Part shown: one piece after another, positions 9,482 through 19,489 of the stretch
How positions within the stretch are numbered: position 1 is the first letter of the stretch
Layout of the letters: each line of letters begins with the position of its first letter
Origin: Gemmatimonadota bacterium
GTDB taxonomy: Bacteria > Gemmatimonadota > Gemmatimonadetes > Longimicrobiales > RSA9
Direction of reading: 5' to 3'
Assembly (NCBI GenBank): GCA_040905425.1
Contig: JBBDRO010000055.1
Span: 1 to 33,535 of the forward strand
DNA: 33,535 bases
Position numbers and translations under genes: made by a program
Notes under the pieces: model-generated
Databases searched by the model: none
The model's input: only the letters and a program-made list of their open reading frames with translations
What the model was told of the DNA's origin: nothing

Positions 9482-10029
9482 GAGCTCACCAGCCGCTCGA
9501 TGAGCGCCAGGGCTTCACCCTCGTCCCACTCACGCGCGCCCATGACCTTCTCCACGACCCGCCCCTCCCGATCGATCACCAGCGTGGTGGGCAGCGCCTG
9601 CACCCCGAAGATGCGATCCGCCTTGCCGGTGGGATCGTGCAGGATGGTGAAGTCCAGTCCCAGGCGGTCCACGAAGGCCTGGATGTTCCCGCCCGGCTGG
9701 CCCAGCTCCCCCACGCTGCCGCGGGCCGCGTCCACGCTCACGGCCACCACCCGCAGGCCCCGCGCGCCGAACCGGTCCTGCAGGCGCTGCAGCGACGGCA
9801 TCTCGCGGATGCACGGCGTGCACCAGGTGGCCCACACGTTCAGCACCACCACCTGGCCCTCCAGATCCCGGAGTGAGAGGGTATCGCCGTCGAGCGTGGG
9901 CGCGGCGTAGGCGGGCACCCGGCTGCCCGTCTCCAGGGTGGACAGCTGGCCGCGCAGGAGCCAGCCGAGCAGGCCCAGGCCCGCGGCCAGTCCCGCCACC
10001 AGCAGGACGCGCATCCCCCGGCTACCCAT
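9478..10029 (-). CDS. TlpA/ResA-family thiol-disulfide oxidoreductase
   Basis: N-terminal TM, VVVLNVWATWCTPCIREMP (CxxC), LPTTLVIDREG. Confidence 0.92.
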   Translation of the reverse strand: MGSRGMRVLLVAGLAAGLGLLGWLLRGQLSTLETGSRVPAYAAPTLDGDTLSLRDLEGQVVVLNVWATWCTPCIREMPSLQRLQDRFGARGLRVVAVSVDAARGSVGELGQPGGNIQAFVDRLGLDFTILHDPTGKADRIFGVQALPTTLVIDREGRVVEKVMGAREWDEGEALALIERLVSS

Positions 10030-10702
10030 CGCGACCTCCCGTGCCGGGCGGCGCCACCGTGTCCACGCCGGGCAGGGAGTCCCAGGGGAAGTTCTCCGGG
10101 TCCAGTTCCGGCGGGCCGAGGCTCACCACCAGGCGGATGGTCGAGGGCACCGGTACCCGTGTGCCCGGCGGCGGTGAGACGTCCATGACCTGGCCCGCCA
10201 TGGCCTCACTCTCCACCTCCTGGCGCTCCACGTCGTAGCCCAGGCGCTGGAGCAGCATGCCGGCGCGCTCCACGTCGAAGCCACGCACGTCCGGGATCGG
10301 GGCAATGGGCAACCCCGAGCTCACCGCCACACGCACCACGGACCCGGGCAGGACCTGCTGGCCTGGCAGGGGCGCCTGGGCCACCACGTGCCCCTGCTCC
10401 AGATCCGGATGCGGCAGGGTGCTCAGCTCCGGCGCCTCGAGCCCCGCCTCGGCCAGCGCCAGGCGCGCTGCCATCTCGCTCAGACCGCGCAGATCGGGCA
10501 CCGGCACGCCCGCGTCCGCCACCGCCGGCGGGGGGAAGAGCACCGCGGTGGCCACCAGGTAGCCGATCCCGAAGGGTAGCGCGAGCGCGAGCAGGATGGC
10601 GGATACCCAGAAGCGCGCGCCGCGCCCGCCCTCCCGAGGAGGACCGGGCCGCCGGGGTGGGCGCTTGCCGCCGCGCCGCCGCCGCACCGAATCACCGAGC
10701 AT
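10022..10702 (-). CDS. Membrane-anchored protein with two PASTA domains and no kinase domain
   Basis: Basic N-terminus, one TM, two repeats VPDLRGLS..AARLAL...GL...GHVVAQAP.PG and IPDVRGFD...A...L...GY...GQVMDVSP.PG. Confidence 0.85.
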   Translation of the reverse strand: MLGDSVRRRRGGKRPPRRPGPPREGGRGARFWVSAILLALALPFGIGYLVATAVLFPPPAVADAGVPVPDLRGLSEMAARLALAEAGLEAPELSTLPHPDLEQGHVVAQAPLPGQQVLPGSVVRVAVSSGLPIAPIPDVRGFDVERAGMLLQRLGYDVERQEVESEAMAGQVMDVSPPPGTRVPVPSTIRLVVSLGPPELDPENFPWDSLPGVDTVAPPGTGGRDG

Positions 10703-12067
10703 CTACCGTCCCGCGTCCGAGTTTTCTCCGTGGGCGCGCCGGCGCAACCGCGCCGCGAACGCTCCGTCCACACCGTGCCGCCACGGCTCCACGCGCAGGA
10801 AGCCGGCGGCGTCCACCAGGCCGGGCGCCAGTGCCGCCGGAGAGGCCTCCAGCGTCAGTTCCGGCCGGCGCGCGAGCAGCGCGGCCACGCGCGCTTCGTT
10901 TTCCTCCGGCTCCAGCGAGCACGTAGCATAGACCAGCAGCCCCCCCGGGCGCACCAGCGCCGCCGCCGCCTCGAGCAGCGCGTCCTGGAGCCGGCCCAGC
11001 GTCTCCAGGTCCCCGGGGCGCAGCCGCCACCGTCCGTCCGGGTGGCGCCGGAAGGTGCCCGTGCCGGTGCACGGCGCGTCCACCAGCACCACGTCCGCCG
11101 TGCGTAGCGGGGGGCGCCGCCCGTCCGCCACCACCGGCAGCACGCGCGGCGTCCCACCCAGCCGCGCCAGGTTCTCCCGCAGGCGCGCCATGCGCTCGGC
11201 CGAACTGTCGGCCGCCACCACGGCGCCGCCGCGCCCCGCGGTGGCCAGCGCGTCGGCCAGCCCCACCGCCTTGCCGCCGGGCGCCGCGCACAGGTCCACT
11301 ACCAATGCTCCGGGGGGCGGCGCCGCATAGCGCACCACCAGTCCGGCCGCCGGATCCTGCACCAGTGCCGGCACCACCGCCAGCGCCTCAGCCGGCGTGG
11401 CGTTGCCGGTCAGCCGCACCGCGTCGGGCGCGAAGGCCACCGGCTCCGCCGCGATGCCCACCGCCTCGAGCTGCGCCACCACCGCCGCGGCCGTGATGCC
11501 CACGGGCCGGAGATAGAGCTCGGGCCGCGTGTTGTTGGCCTCCACCAGGCGCTCGGCCACGTCCGCGCCCCACCGCTCCACCCACCGTTCCACCAGCCAG
11601 CGCGGGTGGGAGCCCCAGCTGCTCAGGCGCGCCACCGGCTCGCGCGGAAAGTCCGTCTCACCGCCCCTGCGCACCAGGGCGCGCAGCACCCCGTTGGTGA
11701 AACGCGCCGCCCCCTCCCCACCCACCTCCCGGGCCAGCTCCACCGCCTGGGACACCGCCGCGTGCGGCGGCACGCTGCCCATCTCCAGCAGCTGATAGGC
11801 GCCCAGCCGGAGCACCTCCAGGATGGGCGCGTCCACCCGCTCGAGCCCACCCCGCACGACCCGCTCCAGCAGCGCGTCCAGCCGCCCCCGCAGGCGCAGC
11901 GTGCCGTAGACCAGCTCCTGGGTCCAGCGGCGGTCACGCGTGGGCACCCGGTGCTCCGCCAGCGCCACCGTGAAGGCCCGGTCGGCCAGGGCACCCCGCG
12001 CCACCGCCTGCAGCGCCGCGTGGGCGGCCCGGCGCGCGGCGGTGGCGCTCACCGCCGCCCGCGCCAC
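10703..12067 (-). CDS. rsmB: 16S rRNA m5C967 methyltransferase RsmB (Sun)
   Basis: NusB-like N-terminus (LVYGTLR, LRLGAYQL, NGVLR), SHPRWLV, DLCAAPGGK, LVDAPCTGTG, YATCSL, DGAFAARL. Exact start uncertain. Confidence 0.93.
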   Translation of the reverse strand: MARAAVSATAARRAAHAALQAVARGALADRAFTVALAEHRVPTRDRRWTQELVYGTLRLRGRLDALLERVVRGGLERVDAPILEVLRLGAYQLLEMGSVPPHAAVSQAVELAREVGGEGAARFTNGVLRALVRRGGETDFPREPVARLSSWGSHPRWLVERWVERWGADVAERLVEANNTRPELYLRPVGITAAAVVAQLEAVGIAAEPVAFAPDAVRLTGNATPAEALAVVPALVQDPAAGLVVRYAAPPPGALVVDLCAAPGGKAVGLADALATAGRGGAVVAADSSAERMARLRENLARLGGTPRVLPVVADGRRPPLRTADVVLVDAPCTGTGTFRRHPDGRWRLRPGDLETLGRLQDALLEAAAALVRPGGLLVYATCSLEPEENEARVAALLARRPELTLEASPAALAPGLVDAAGFLRVEPWRHGVDGAFAARLRRRAHGENSDAGR

Positions 12068-12068
12068 C

Positions 12069-12863
12069 TCAAGCCAGCATCCCCGCCCGCGGCGAGGACG
12101 GCACGGCCACCTCCCGCCGCGGCATGCGGCCGGCCAGGAAGGCCTCCCGCCCCGCCACCACGGCCAGCTTCATGGCCAGCGCCATGCGCGGCGCGTCGTC
12201 CGCCTCCGCCACGGCCGTGTTCATGAGGATGCCGTCCACGCCCTGCTCCATGGTGAGGCACGCGTCCGAAGCGGTGCCCACGCCGGCGTCCACGATGACG
12301 GGGCAGGAGAGGCGCCGCTTGATCTCGCGGATGAAATACGGATTCACCAGCCCCAGCCCGCTGCCGATGGGACTGGCCAGCGGCATCACGGCCGCGCAGC
12401 CCGCATCCTCCAGCCGGAGCGCCGTGATCAGGTCATCATTGGTGTAGGCCAGGACCTTGAAGCCCTCCGCCACCAGCGTGCCCGCCGCCTCCAGCGTGGC
12501 GGCCACGTCCGGCAGCAGGGTGGTCTGATCCCCGATGACCTCCAGCTTCACCCAGTCCGAGATGCCCGCGGCGCGGCCCAGGCGGGCGTAGCGCACGGCC
12601 TCCTCGGCCGTGTAGCAGCCCGCCGTGTTGGGCAGCAGGAAGACCTGCTCGGGATCCAGATGGTAGAGGATCCCCTCCTCCTTGGTGCGGTCCAGGTCCA
12701 CCCGCCGGACCGCCACCGTGACCATCTCCACGTCCGCCGCCGCGAAGGCGCGCACCATGTCTTCGTTGCTGCGGTACTTGCCCGTCCCCAGGATCAGCCG
12801 CGAGCGGAACGTGCGCCCCGCGATCTCGAGTGGCCGGTCACCGTTCTGCGTTCCCTGCCCCAT
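12069..12863 (-). CDS. thiG: Thiazole synthase ThiG
   Basis: SRLILGTGKY, LPNTAGC, WVKLEVIGD, VMPLASPIGSGLG, DAGVGTASDA. Confidence 0.97.
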   Translation of the reverse strand: MGQGTQNGDRPLEIAGRTFRSRLILGTGKYRSNEDMVRAFAAADVEMVTVAVRRVDLDRTKEEGILYHLDPEQVFLLPNTAGCYTAEEAVRYARLGRAAGISDWVKLEVIGDQTTLLPDVAATLEAAGTLVAEGFKVLAYTNDDLITALRLEDAGCAAVMPLASPIGSGLGLVNPYFIREIKRRLSCPVIVDAGVGTASDACLTMEQGVDGILMNTAVAEADDAPRMALAMKLAVVAGREAFLAGRMPRREVAVPSSPRAGMLA

Positions 12864-13081
12864 CAGCCCCCTCCTACGAAGTGCACCAGTTCCAGCGCGT
12901 CCCCGGGCTGCACCTCCACGGCACCGTAGCGCTCACGCTCCAGGATCTCCCGGTTGCGCTCCACCACCACCATGCGCGGATGCAGGCCCAGCTCCTCCAG
13001 CAACCCCGCCACGGTGACGCCCGTCGCGCAGCGGCGCTCCTCCCCGTTGACCATCACGGCCATGCCATCCTGTGCAGCCAT
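12863..13081 (-). CDS. thiS: Sulfur carrier protein ThiS
   Basis: VNGEER...VVVERNREI...GDALELVHFVGGG with C-terminal GG. GGAG RBS before ATG 13081; stop overlaps the thiG start. Confidence 0.95.
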   Translation of the reverse strand: MAAQDGMAVMVNGEERRCATGVTVAGLLEELGLHPRMVVVERNREILERERYGAVEVQPGDALELVHFVGGG

Positions 13082-13116
13082 TTCCACTCCATCCTCAAGC
13101 GACGTCCCCCGGAAGC

Positions 13117-13767
13117 TCACCCGCTCCCCTCCTTCTCCAACGCATCCGCCAATGCATCCCTCAACGCGTCATCCAGCGCCGCCAGATAGGCGCGCACGGC
13201 GGCCGTTTCGTCCCGCGCGGCCCACACGCCCCCCAGCACCGCCACCCCGTGCGCGCCGGCGGCCAGCACCGGCGCCACCCGCTCCGGGGTGATGCCGCCG
13301 ATAGCCAGCACCGGCACCGGGCAGGCGTCCACCGCCGCCCGGAGCGCGGCCGGACCCGCGGGCGTGGCGCCCGGATGCGAGGCCGAGCCATAGATCGTAC
13401 CCAGAAGCACGAAATCGGTCCCATCGGCGGCCGCCTCGGCCGCCTCCGCCGGGCCGTGCGCCGAGTAGCCCAGGAGGGCGTCGGCGCCCAGTACGCGGCG
13501 GGCGGCCGCCACGGGCACGCCGCGCCGGCCCAGCTGGACGCCGGCCGCGCCGGCAGCCAGCGCCACGTCCAGACGGTCATTGACCAGTAGCGTGCCGGCA
13601 TCCACCAGCGCGCCGGCCAGCGCCAGCAGCCGCCGCACGGGCGTGCCGTGCCCCCGCAGGTGCAGCGCCGCGCGGCCGTCCGCGGCCTCCATGGCCCGGC
13701 GCGCCCGCGCCGGGAAGTCGGGCGCCGCCAGCACGCCGTCGTCGGTCACCACGTGCAGGCGGGTCAC
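13117..13767 (-). CDS. Thiamine-phosphate synthase fold protein, TenI-like rather than canonical ThiE
   Basis: LHVVTDD, LVNDRLDVA, GYSAH and PVLAIGGI show the ThiE/TenI barrel, but the ThiE motifs QxRxK, HxGQxD and TxTK are altered. Start is GTG 13767 or GTG 13839. Confidence 0.8.
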   Translation of the reverse strand: MTRLHVVTDDGVLAAPDFPARARRAMEAADGRAALHLRGHGTPVRRLLALAGALVDAGTLLVNDRLDVALAAGAAGVQLGRRGVPVAAARRVLGADALLGYSAHGPAEAAEAAADGTDFVLLGTIYGSASHPGATPAGPAALRAAVDACPVPVLAIGGITPERVAPVLAAGAHGVAVLGGVWAARDETAAVRAYLAALDDALRDALADALEKEGSG

Positions 13768-13839
13768 GGCGGGCGCGCCGCCGCGCGGGGGGCGCAGGTC
13801 AGCCCCCGGAAGCGTGCCGGGCGTCGTCGCCTGGAACAC

Positions 13840-14784
13840 TCATTCGAAACGGTCCCCGCCGCCCACCGAACGGCCACGCAGCCACTCCGTTGTGGTCATG
13901 CGCCGCCGGCCCGCGGGCTGGACCTCACGCACCCACACGGCGCCCGGGCGGCAGGCCACGAGCATACCCTCGGCGGGGTCTTCCGGCTCCACGTCCAGGA
14001 CGGTGCCCGGCGCGGCGCCGTGCGTCATATCCTCAGCCGGCAGCGGTCGGAAGAGCTTCAGGCGCTGCCCGTCGTGCAGCGTCCAGGCCCCGGGCACCGC
14101 GTCCATGGCGCGCACGTGCCGGTCCACCTCCAGCGCCGGACGGCCCCAGTCCACGCGCGCCGTGGCGGCATCGATGCGCGGCGCGTAGGTGGCCCGCGCC
14201 TCGTCCTGCGGCCGCTCCTCGATGGCGCCGGCCTCATAGAGCGCCAGCGCCTCCACGAGCGCCTCGGCGCCGATCTCACTCAGGCGCAGGGTCAGGTCGG
14301 TGGCGGTCTCGTGCGGGCCGATCGGCTCGGGCACCTGGTGCAGGATGGGGCCGGCGTCCATGCGCTCCACCATGCGCATCACGCTCACGCCCGTGGCGTC
14401 GTGGCCGCGCGCGATGGCCCAGTTGATGGGCGCCGCGCCGCGCAGCTCCGGCAGGATGGAGGCGTGCACGTTGATGGAGCCCTCACGCGGCGCGTCCAGG
14501 ACGTGGCGCTTCAGGATCTGTCCGTAGGCCACCACCACCGACATGTCGGCGGCCAGCCCCACCACCTGCTCCAGGAAGGCGGCCTCATCGGCGCGCTCGG
14601 GCTGGAAGACCGGGATGTCCTCCTCGATGGCCACCTGCTTCACGGGCGGCGGGCGCAGGCTCCGCCCGCGGCCCGCGGGGCGGTCGGGCTGCGTCACCAC
14701 GCCCACCACGTCATGACCCTCCCCCACCAGCGCACGCAGCGCGGGCAGCGCGAAGGCCGGCGTGCCCCAGAAGAGGATCTTCAT
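13840..14784 (-). CDS. fmt: Methionyl-tRNA formyltransferase
   Basis: MKILFWGTPAFA, VVTQPDRPAGRG, VVAYGQIL, INVHASILPELRGAAPI, MDAGP. Confidence 0.97.
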   Translation of the reverse strand: MKILFWGTPAFALPALRALVGEGHDVVGVVTQPDRPAGRGRSLRPPPVKQVAIEEDIPVFQPERADEAAFLEQVVGLAADMSVVVAYGQILKRHVLDAPREGSINVHASILPELRGAAPINWAIARGHDATGVSVMRMVERMDAGPILHQVPEPIGPHETATDLTLRLSEIGAEALVEALALYEAGAIEERPQDEARATYAPRIDAATARVDWGRPALEVDRHVRAMDAVPGAWTLHDGQRLKLFRPLPAEDMTHGAAPGTVLDVEPEDPAEGMLVACRPGAVWVREVQPAGRRRMTTTEWLRGRSVGGGDRFE

Positions 14785-15290
14785 GGCGCCTCCTCCGGCT
14801 TCACCTTGGCCCACTTCTTCAGCAGCATGCGCCGCTTCATGGGACTCACGCGATCCACGAAGAGCACGCCGTCCAGGTGATCCACCTCGTGCAGGAGGAC
14901 GCGCGCCAGGAGACCCTCCGCCGCGAAGCGCAGCGGCTTGCCGGCGGGGTCCAGCGCCTCCACCTCCACGGCCGTACTGCGCTCCACCACGTCCACGATG
15001 CCGGGAATGGAGAGGCAGCCCTCCTCCGCCTTGTCCGTCTCGGCGCTGGCCACCACGATGGCCGGGTTGACGAGCGCCAGCGGCTCCGCACCCTCGTGGC
15101 GCGGATCCAACACGATGATGCGCCGGCCCACGCCCACCTGCGGCGCCGCCAGTCCCACGCCGTCCTCGGCGTACATGGTCTCGAGCATGTCCGCCACCAG
15201 CGCGCGGAGCTCCTCGTCCACCTCCTCCACCTCGTCGGCGCGCGTGCGCAGAATGGGGTCACCCATGAAGCGCAGAGGAAGCAGCGCCAT
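14781..15290 (-). CDS. def: Peptide deformylase
   Basis: GVGLAAPQVG, EGCLSIPG, HEVDHLDG. ATG at 15290, just after the yajC stop. Confidence 0.97.
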   Translation of the reverse strand: MALLPLRFMGDPILRTRADEVEEVDEELRALVADMLETMYAEDGVGLAAPQVGVGRRIIVLDPRHEGAEPLALVNPAIVVASAETDKAEEGCLSIPGIVDVVERSTAVEVEALDPAGKPLRFAAEGLLARVLLHEVDHLDGVLFVDRVSPMKRRMLLKKWAKVKPEEAP

Positions 15291-15292
15291 GC

Positions 15293-15604
15293 TCAGCGCT
15301 CCTCGTCGGCCGCGCCGGCCTTGCGCGCCACCTTGCCGCGGACCACCACGATGCGGGTCTCCCCGGTCTTGAGCGTCAGGCGGTCCTCGGCCAGGTGCAC
15401 GATGGTGCCGATGATGCCGCCCTCGGTGACCACCTCGTCCCCCTTCTGGAGGGAGGAGATCATCTCCTTGTGGCGCTGCGCCATCTTGCGCTGCGGGCGG
15501 ATGAGCAGGAAGTAGAGGATCAGCACGAAGGCGCTGATGTTGATGAGCATTACCAGGCCGGGACTGCCGGCGCCCTGGAGTGCAATGGTGCCGAATGCTT
15601 GCAT
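15293..15604 (-). CDS. yajC: Preprotein translocase subunit YajC
   Basis: YFLLIRPQRK...SLQKGDEVVTEGGIIG, in the queA-tgt-yajC order. Confidence 0.96.
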   Translation of the reverse strand: MQAFGTIALQGAGSPGLVMLINISAFVLILYFLLIRPQRKMAQRHKEMISSLQKGDEVVTEGGIIGTIVHLAEDRLTLKTGETRIVVVRGKVARKAGAADEER

Positions 15605-15634
15605 GAGCGTCAGACTTCCTTTCCGTTCGTTGCG

Positions 15635-16813
<1,179 letters not shown>

Positions 16814-17884
16814 TCAGCGCACCAGCATGGCGTCGCCGTACGAATAGAAGCGGTAGCCCGCGGCCACCGCCTCCCGGTACGCCGCCATCACCGGCTCGTA
16901 GCCACCCAGCGCCGCCACGAGCATGAGCAGCGTGGAGCGCGGCAGGTGGAAGTTGGTGAGCAGCCGGTCCACCGCGCGGAAGCGGTAGGGCGGGCGAATG
17001 AACACCCGCGTCCAGCCTTCCCCCGCGTGAATGCGCCCCTCCGCGTCCGCCACCGTCTCCAGCGTGCGGGCCACCGTGGTGCCCACGGCCCACAGCGCAC
17101 CGCCCGCGTCGCGCACCCGGTTCAGCTCCGCCGCGCCCGCCTCATCCACCCGGAAGGCCTCGGCGTGCATGGCGTGCGCGGCCGGATCCTCCACCTCCAC
17201 GGGCCGGAACGTGCCCGCTCCCACGTGCAAGCGCACGCGCACCAGGCGCACGCCCCGCGCCTCCAGGCGCGCAAGCACAGCCGGCGTAAAATGGAGCCCC
17301 GCGGTGGGCGCTGCAACCGAGCCCTCCTCACGAGCGTACACCGTCTGGTAGCGCTCGCGGTCCAGCGCCTCCGCCGGCCGGGCCATATAGGGGGGCAGCG
17401 GCAGTGTGCCGAAGCGCTCCAGCGCCTCCCGTGTCGGCAGCGCGCTCTGCAACTGCACCAGGCGACGTCCCTCCTCCAGTTCCTCGAGGACCTCCACGCT
17501 CAGCTCCGCCGCCACCTCCACGCGGGCGCCGGCGCGCAGGCGCCGCCCCGGCCGCACCATGGCCTCCCAGACACGCCCCTCCGGGTCACGGTCGGGCCGC
17601 GGGGTGAGCAGCAGGATCTCCGCCTCCCCGCCGCTCGGCTTGCGACCCTGCAGCCGCGCCGGGATGACGCGCGTCTCATTCAGGACCAGGGCGTCACCGG
17701 CGGGCACCATCTCCGCCAGCTCCCGGAAGACGCGGTGGTGGATAACGCCGGAGGCGCGATCCAACACCAGCAGGCGGCTCTCGTCCCGCCGCTCCACCGG
17801 GTAGCGGGCAATACGCCCGTCAGGCAGCGAGTAGTCGAAGGCGGAAGTGGGGAACTGCGGGGGATCGGCGGGGGGCCGGGCCAT
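16814..17884 (-). CDS. queA: S-adenosylmethionine:tRNA ribosyltransferase-isomerase QueA
   Basis: FDYSLP, PLPPYM, YQTVYA, GSVAAPTAGLHFT, AVGTTVAR, TNFHLPRSTL, YRFYSYGDAM. Confidence 0.97.
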   Translation of the reverse strand: MARPPADPPQFPTSAFDYSLPDGRIARYPVERRDESRLLVLDRASGVIHHRVFRELAEMVPAGDALVLNETRVIPARLQGRKPSGGEAEILLLTPRPDRDPEGRVWEAMVRPGRRLRAGARVEVAAELSVEVLEELEEGRRLVQLQSALPTREALERFGTLPLPPYMARPAEALDRERYQTVYAREEGSVAAPTAGLHFTPAVLARLEARGVRLVRVRLHVGAGTFRPVEVEDPAAHAMHAEAFRVDEAGAAELNRVRDAGGALWAVGTTVARTLETVADAEGRIHAGEGWTRVFIRPPYRFRAVDRLLTNFHLPRSTLLMLVAALGGYEPVMAAYREAVAAGYRFYSYGDAMLVR

Positions 17885-17892
17885 GAGCGGGT

Positions 17893-18264
17893 TCAGGCCT
17901 CCTCGGATGCTTCCACCAGGGTGCCGTCCATGAGCTCGCGCACCCGGGCCAGGCGGTCCAGCAGCACCAGCAGATCGCCACTGTCCTGGTCGTCGGCCGG
18001 ACGGGCAATGTACTCCACCACGAGCCGCTCGATGGGGTGCGTGTCCGGCCGGTGGCGCCGAGCGAAGCGGTGGCAGACCTCACCCAGGTCCACGTCGAAG
18101 CGCCGCTCCACCAGGCGCAGCGTGTCCAGGCGCTCGGCCACCTCCGGAGCGCCGGCCTCGCGCAGCGCGGTGCGCATGCGCCGGGTGGAGTTGCCGTGCT
18201 CGGCGTAGCGGGCGGCCAGCAGGCCGCGCTCGGTCAGGCTCAGCCGCACCACGCGCACGCTCAT
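17893..18264 (-). CDS. Hypothetical protein (123 aa)
   Basis: ATGA overlap with the ruvB stop and an 8-bp gap to queA, so it fills the operon slot. No recognisable motif. Confidence 0.75.
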   Translation of the reverse strand: MSVRVVRLSLTERGLLAARYAEHGNSTRRMRTALREAGAPEVAERLDTLRLVERRFDVDLGEVCHRFARRHRPDTHPIERLVVEYIARPADDQDSGDLLVLLDRLARVRELMDGTLVEASEEA

Positions 18265-19304
18265 GCCTCGAACAGGTTCACCTGGGACTCGGGCGCCGCC
18301 AGCCGGGCGTCCGGCACGGCGTAGCCGAAGCGGCGATAGGCGTTGTTCGTGGCCACGCGGCCGCGGTGTGTGCGCATGAGGAAGCCGTTCTGGATGAGGA
18401 ACGGCTCGTAGACCTCCTCCAGCGTGCCCGCGTCCTCCCCCACCGCCACGGCCAGCGTGGTGAGGCCGACCGGGCCGCCGTCGAAGCTCTCGATGAGCGT
18501 CTTCATGATGCGCGCGTCCATCTCGTCCAGGCCGTACTCGTCCACGTCCAGCAGCTGCAGCGCGTCGCGCGCCACGTCCTGCGTGATGGTGCCCTCCGCC
18601 CGCACCTGGGCAAAGTCACGGACGCGGCGCAGCAGGCGGTTGGCCACGCGCGGCGTCCCGCGGGAGCGCTTGGCCAGCTCCACGGCGCCGTCCTCCGTGC
18701 ACTCCACCGAGAAGATCTCCGCGCTCCGCTTGACGATCACGCACAGATCCTCGGGCGAGTAGAAGTTCAGCCGCTGCACGATGCCGAAGCGCGCGCGCAT
18801 GGGCGGCGTGAGCAGCCCGAAGCGGGTGGTGGCGCCGATCAGCGTGAAGCGCTCGATGGGCATGGTGACCGTCTGCGCCTTGGGGCCCTCGGAGAGCCGG
18901 ATGTCGATGCGGTAGTCCTCCATGGCCGGGTAGAGGAACTCCTCGATGATGGGGCGCAGCCGGTGGATCTCGTCGATGAAGAGGATGTCCCGCTCGCGCA
19001 GGTTGGTGAGGATGCCCACCAGATCGCCGGGCTTCTCCAGCACGGGCCCGGAGGTGGTCTTGATGTTCACCCCCAGCTCGCGCGCCATGAGGGAGGCCAG
19101 CGTGGTCTTGCCCAGCCCCGGAGGGCCGTGAAAGAGCGTGTGGTCCAGCGCCTCGCGCCGGCCGTCCGCGGCCTCGATGGCCACCTTCAGCGCCTCCTTC
19201 ACCTTGGGTTGGCCGATGAACTCGTCCAGCCGCTGCGGCCGGAGCGAGAGTTCGACGACGCTCTCCTCGGTGAGGACTTCTGGCGTGGTGATTTCGGATC
19301 GCAT
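18261..19304 (-). CDS. ruvB: Holliday junction branch migration ATPase RuvB
   Basis: [54 protein letters not shown]. Confidence 0.98.
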   Translation of the reverse strand: MRSEITTPEVLTEESVVELSLRPQRLDEFIGQPKVKEALKVAIEAADGRREALDHTLFHGPPGLGKTTLASLMARELGVNIKTTSGPVLEKPGDLVGILTNLRERDILFIDEIHRLRPIIEEFLYPAMEDYRIDIRLSEGPKAQTVTMPIERFTLIGATTRFGLLTPPMRARFGIVQRLNFYSPEDLCVIVKRSAEIFSVECTEDGAVELAKRSRGTPRVANRLLRRVRDFAQVRAEGTITQDVARDALQLLDVDEYGLDEMDARIMKTLIESFDGGPVGLTTLAVAVGEDAGTLEEVYEPFLIQNGFLMRTHRGRVATNNAYRRFGYAVPDARLAAPESQVNLFEA

Positions 19305-19353
19305 GGAAGCTCGCTACGGGAAAGTCCGGCGGGACCCGCGGGACACCTCCCGT

Positions 19354-19383
19354 ATTATCGCCGCCGCAGGGGCCCTCGTGCAA
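19354..19383 (-). promoter_or_regulatory. Putative sigma70-type promoter of ruvB (TTGCAC-N18-GATAAT)
   Basis: Minus strand: -35 TTGCAC (19383-19378) and -10 GATAAT (19359-19354), ~50 bp upstream of the ruvB ATG. Confidence 0.5.
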
Positions 19384-19433
19384 CCGGGCGGGGGCCGCGC
19401 GGGGCCGGAGCGGGGCCGGCGCGGGGGCGGCGC

Positions 19434-19461
19434 GAACTTTCCAGCCGCCCGCCGTGTACAA
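19434..19461 (+). promoter_or_regulatory. Putative ECF sigma (sigmaE-like) promoter GAACTT-N16-GTACAA
   Basis: ~30 bp upstream of the LpoB-like ATG. The same motif recurs at 20957-20982. Confidence 0.5.
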
Positions 19462-19489
19462 CGCGCCGGACCCCCATCCGGAGGAGCGG

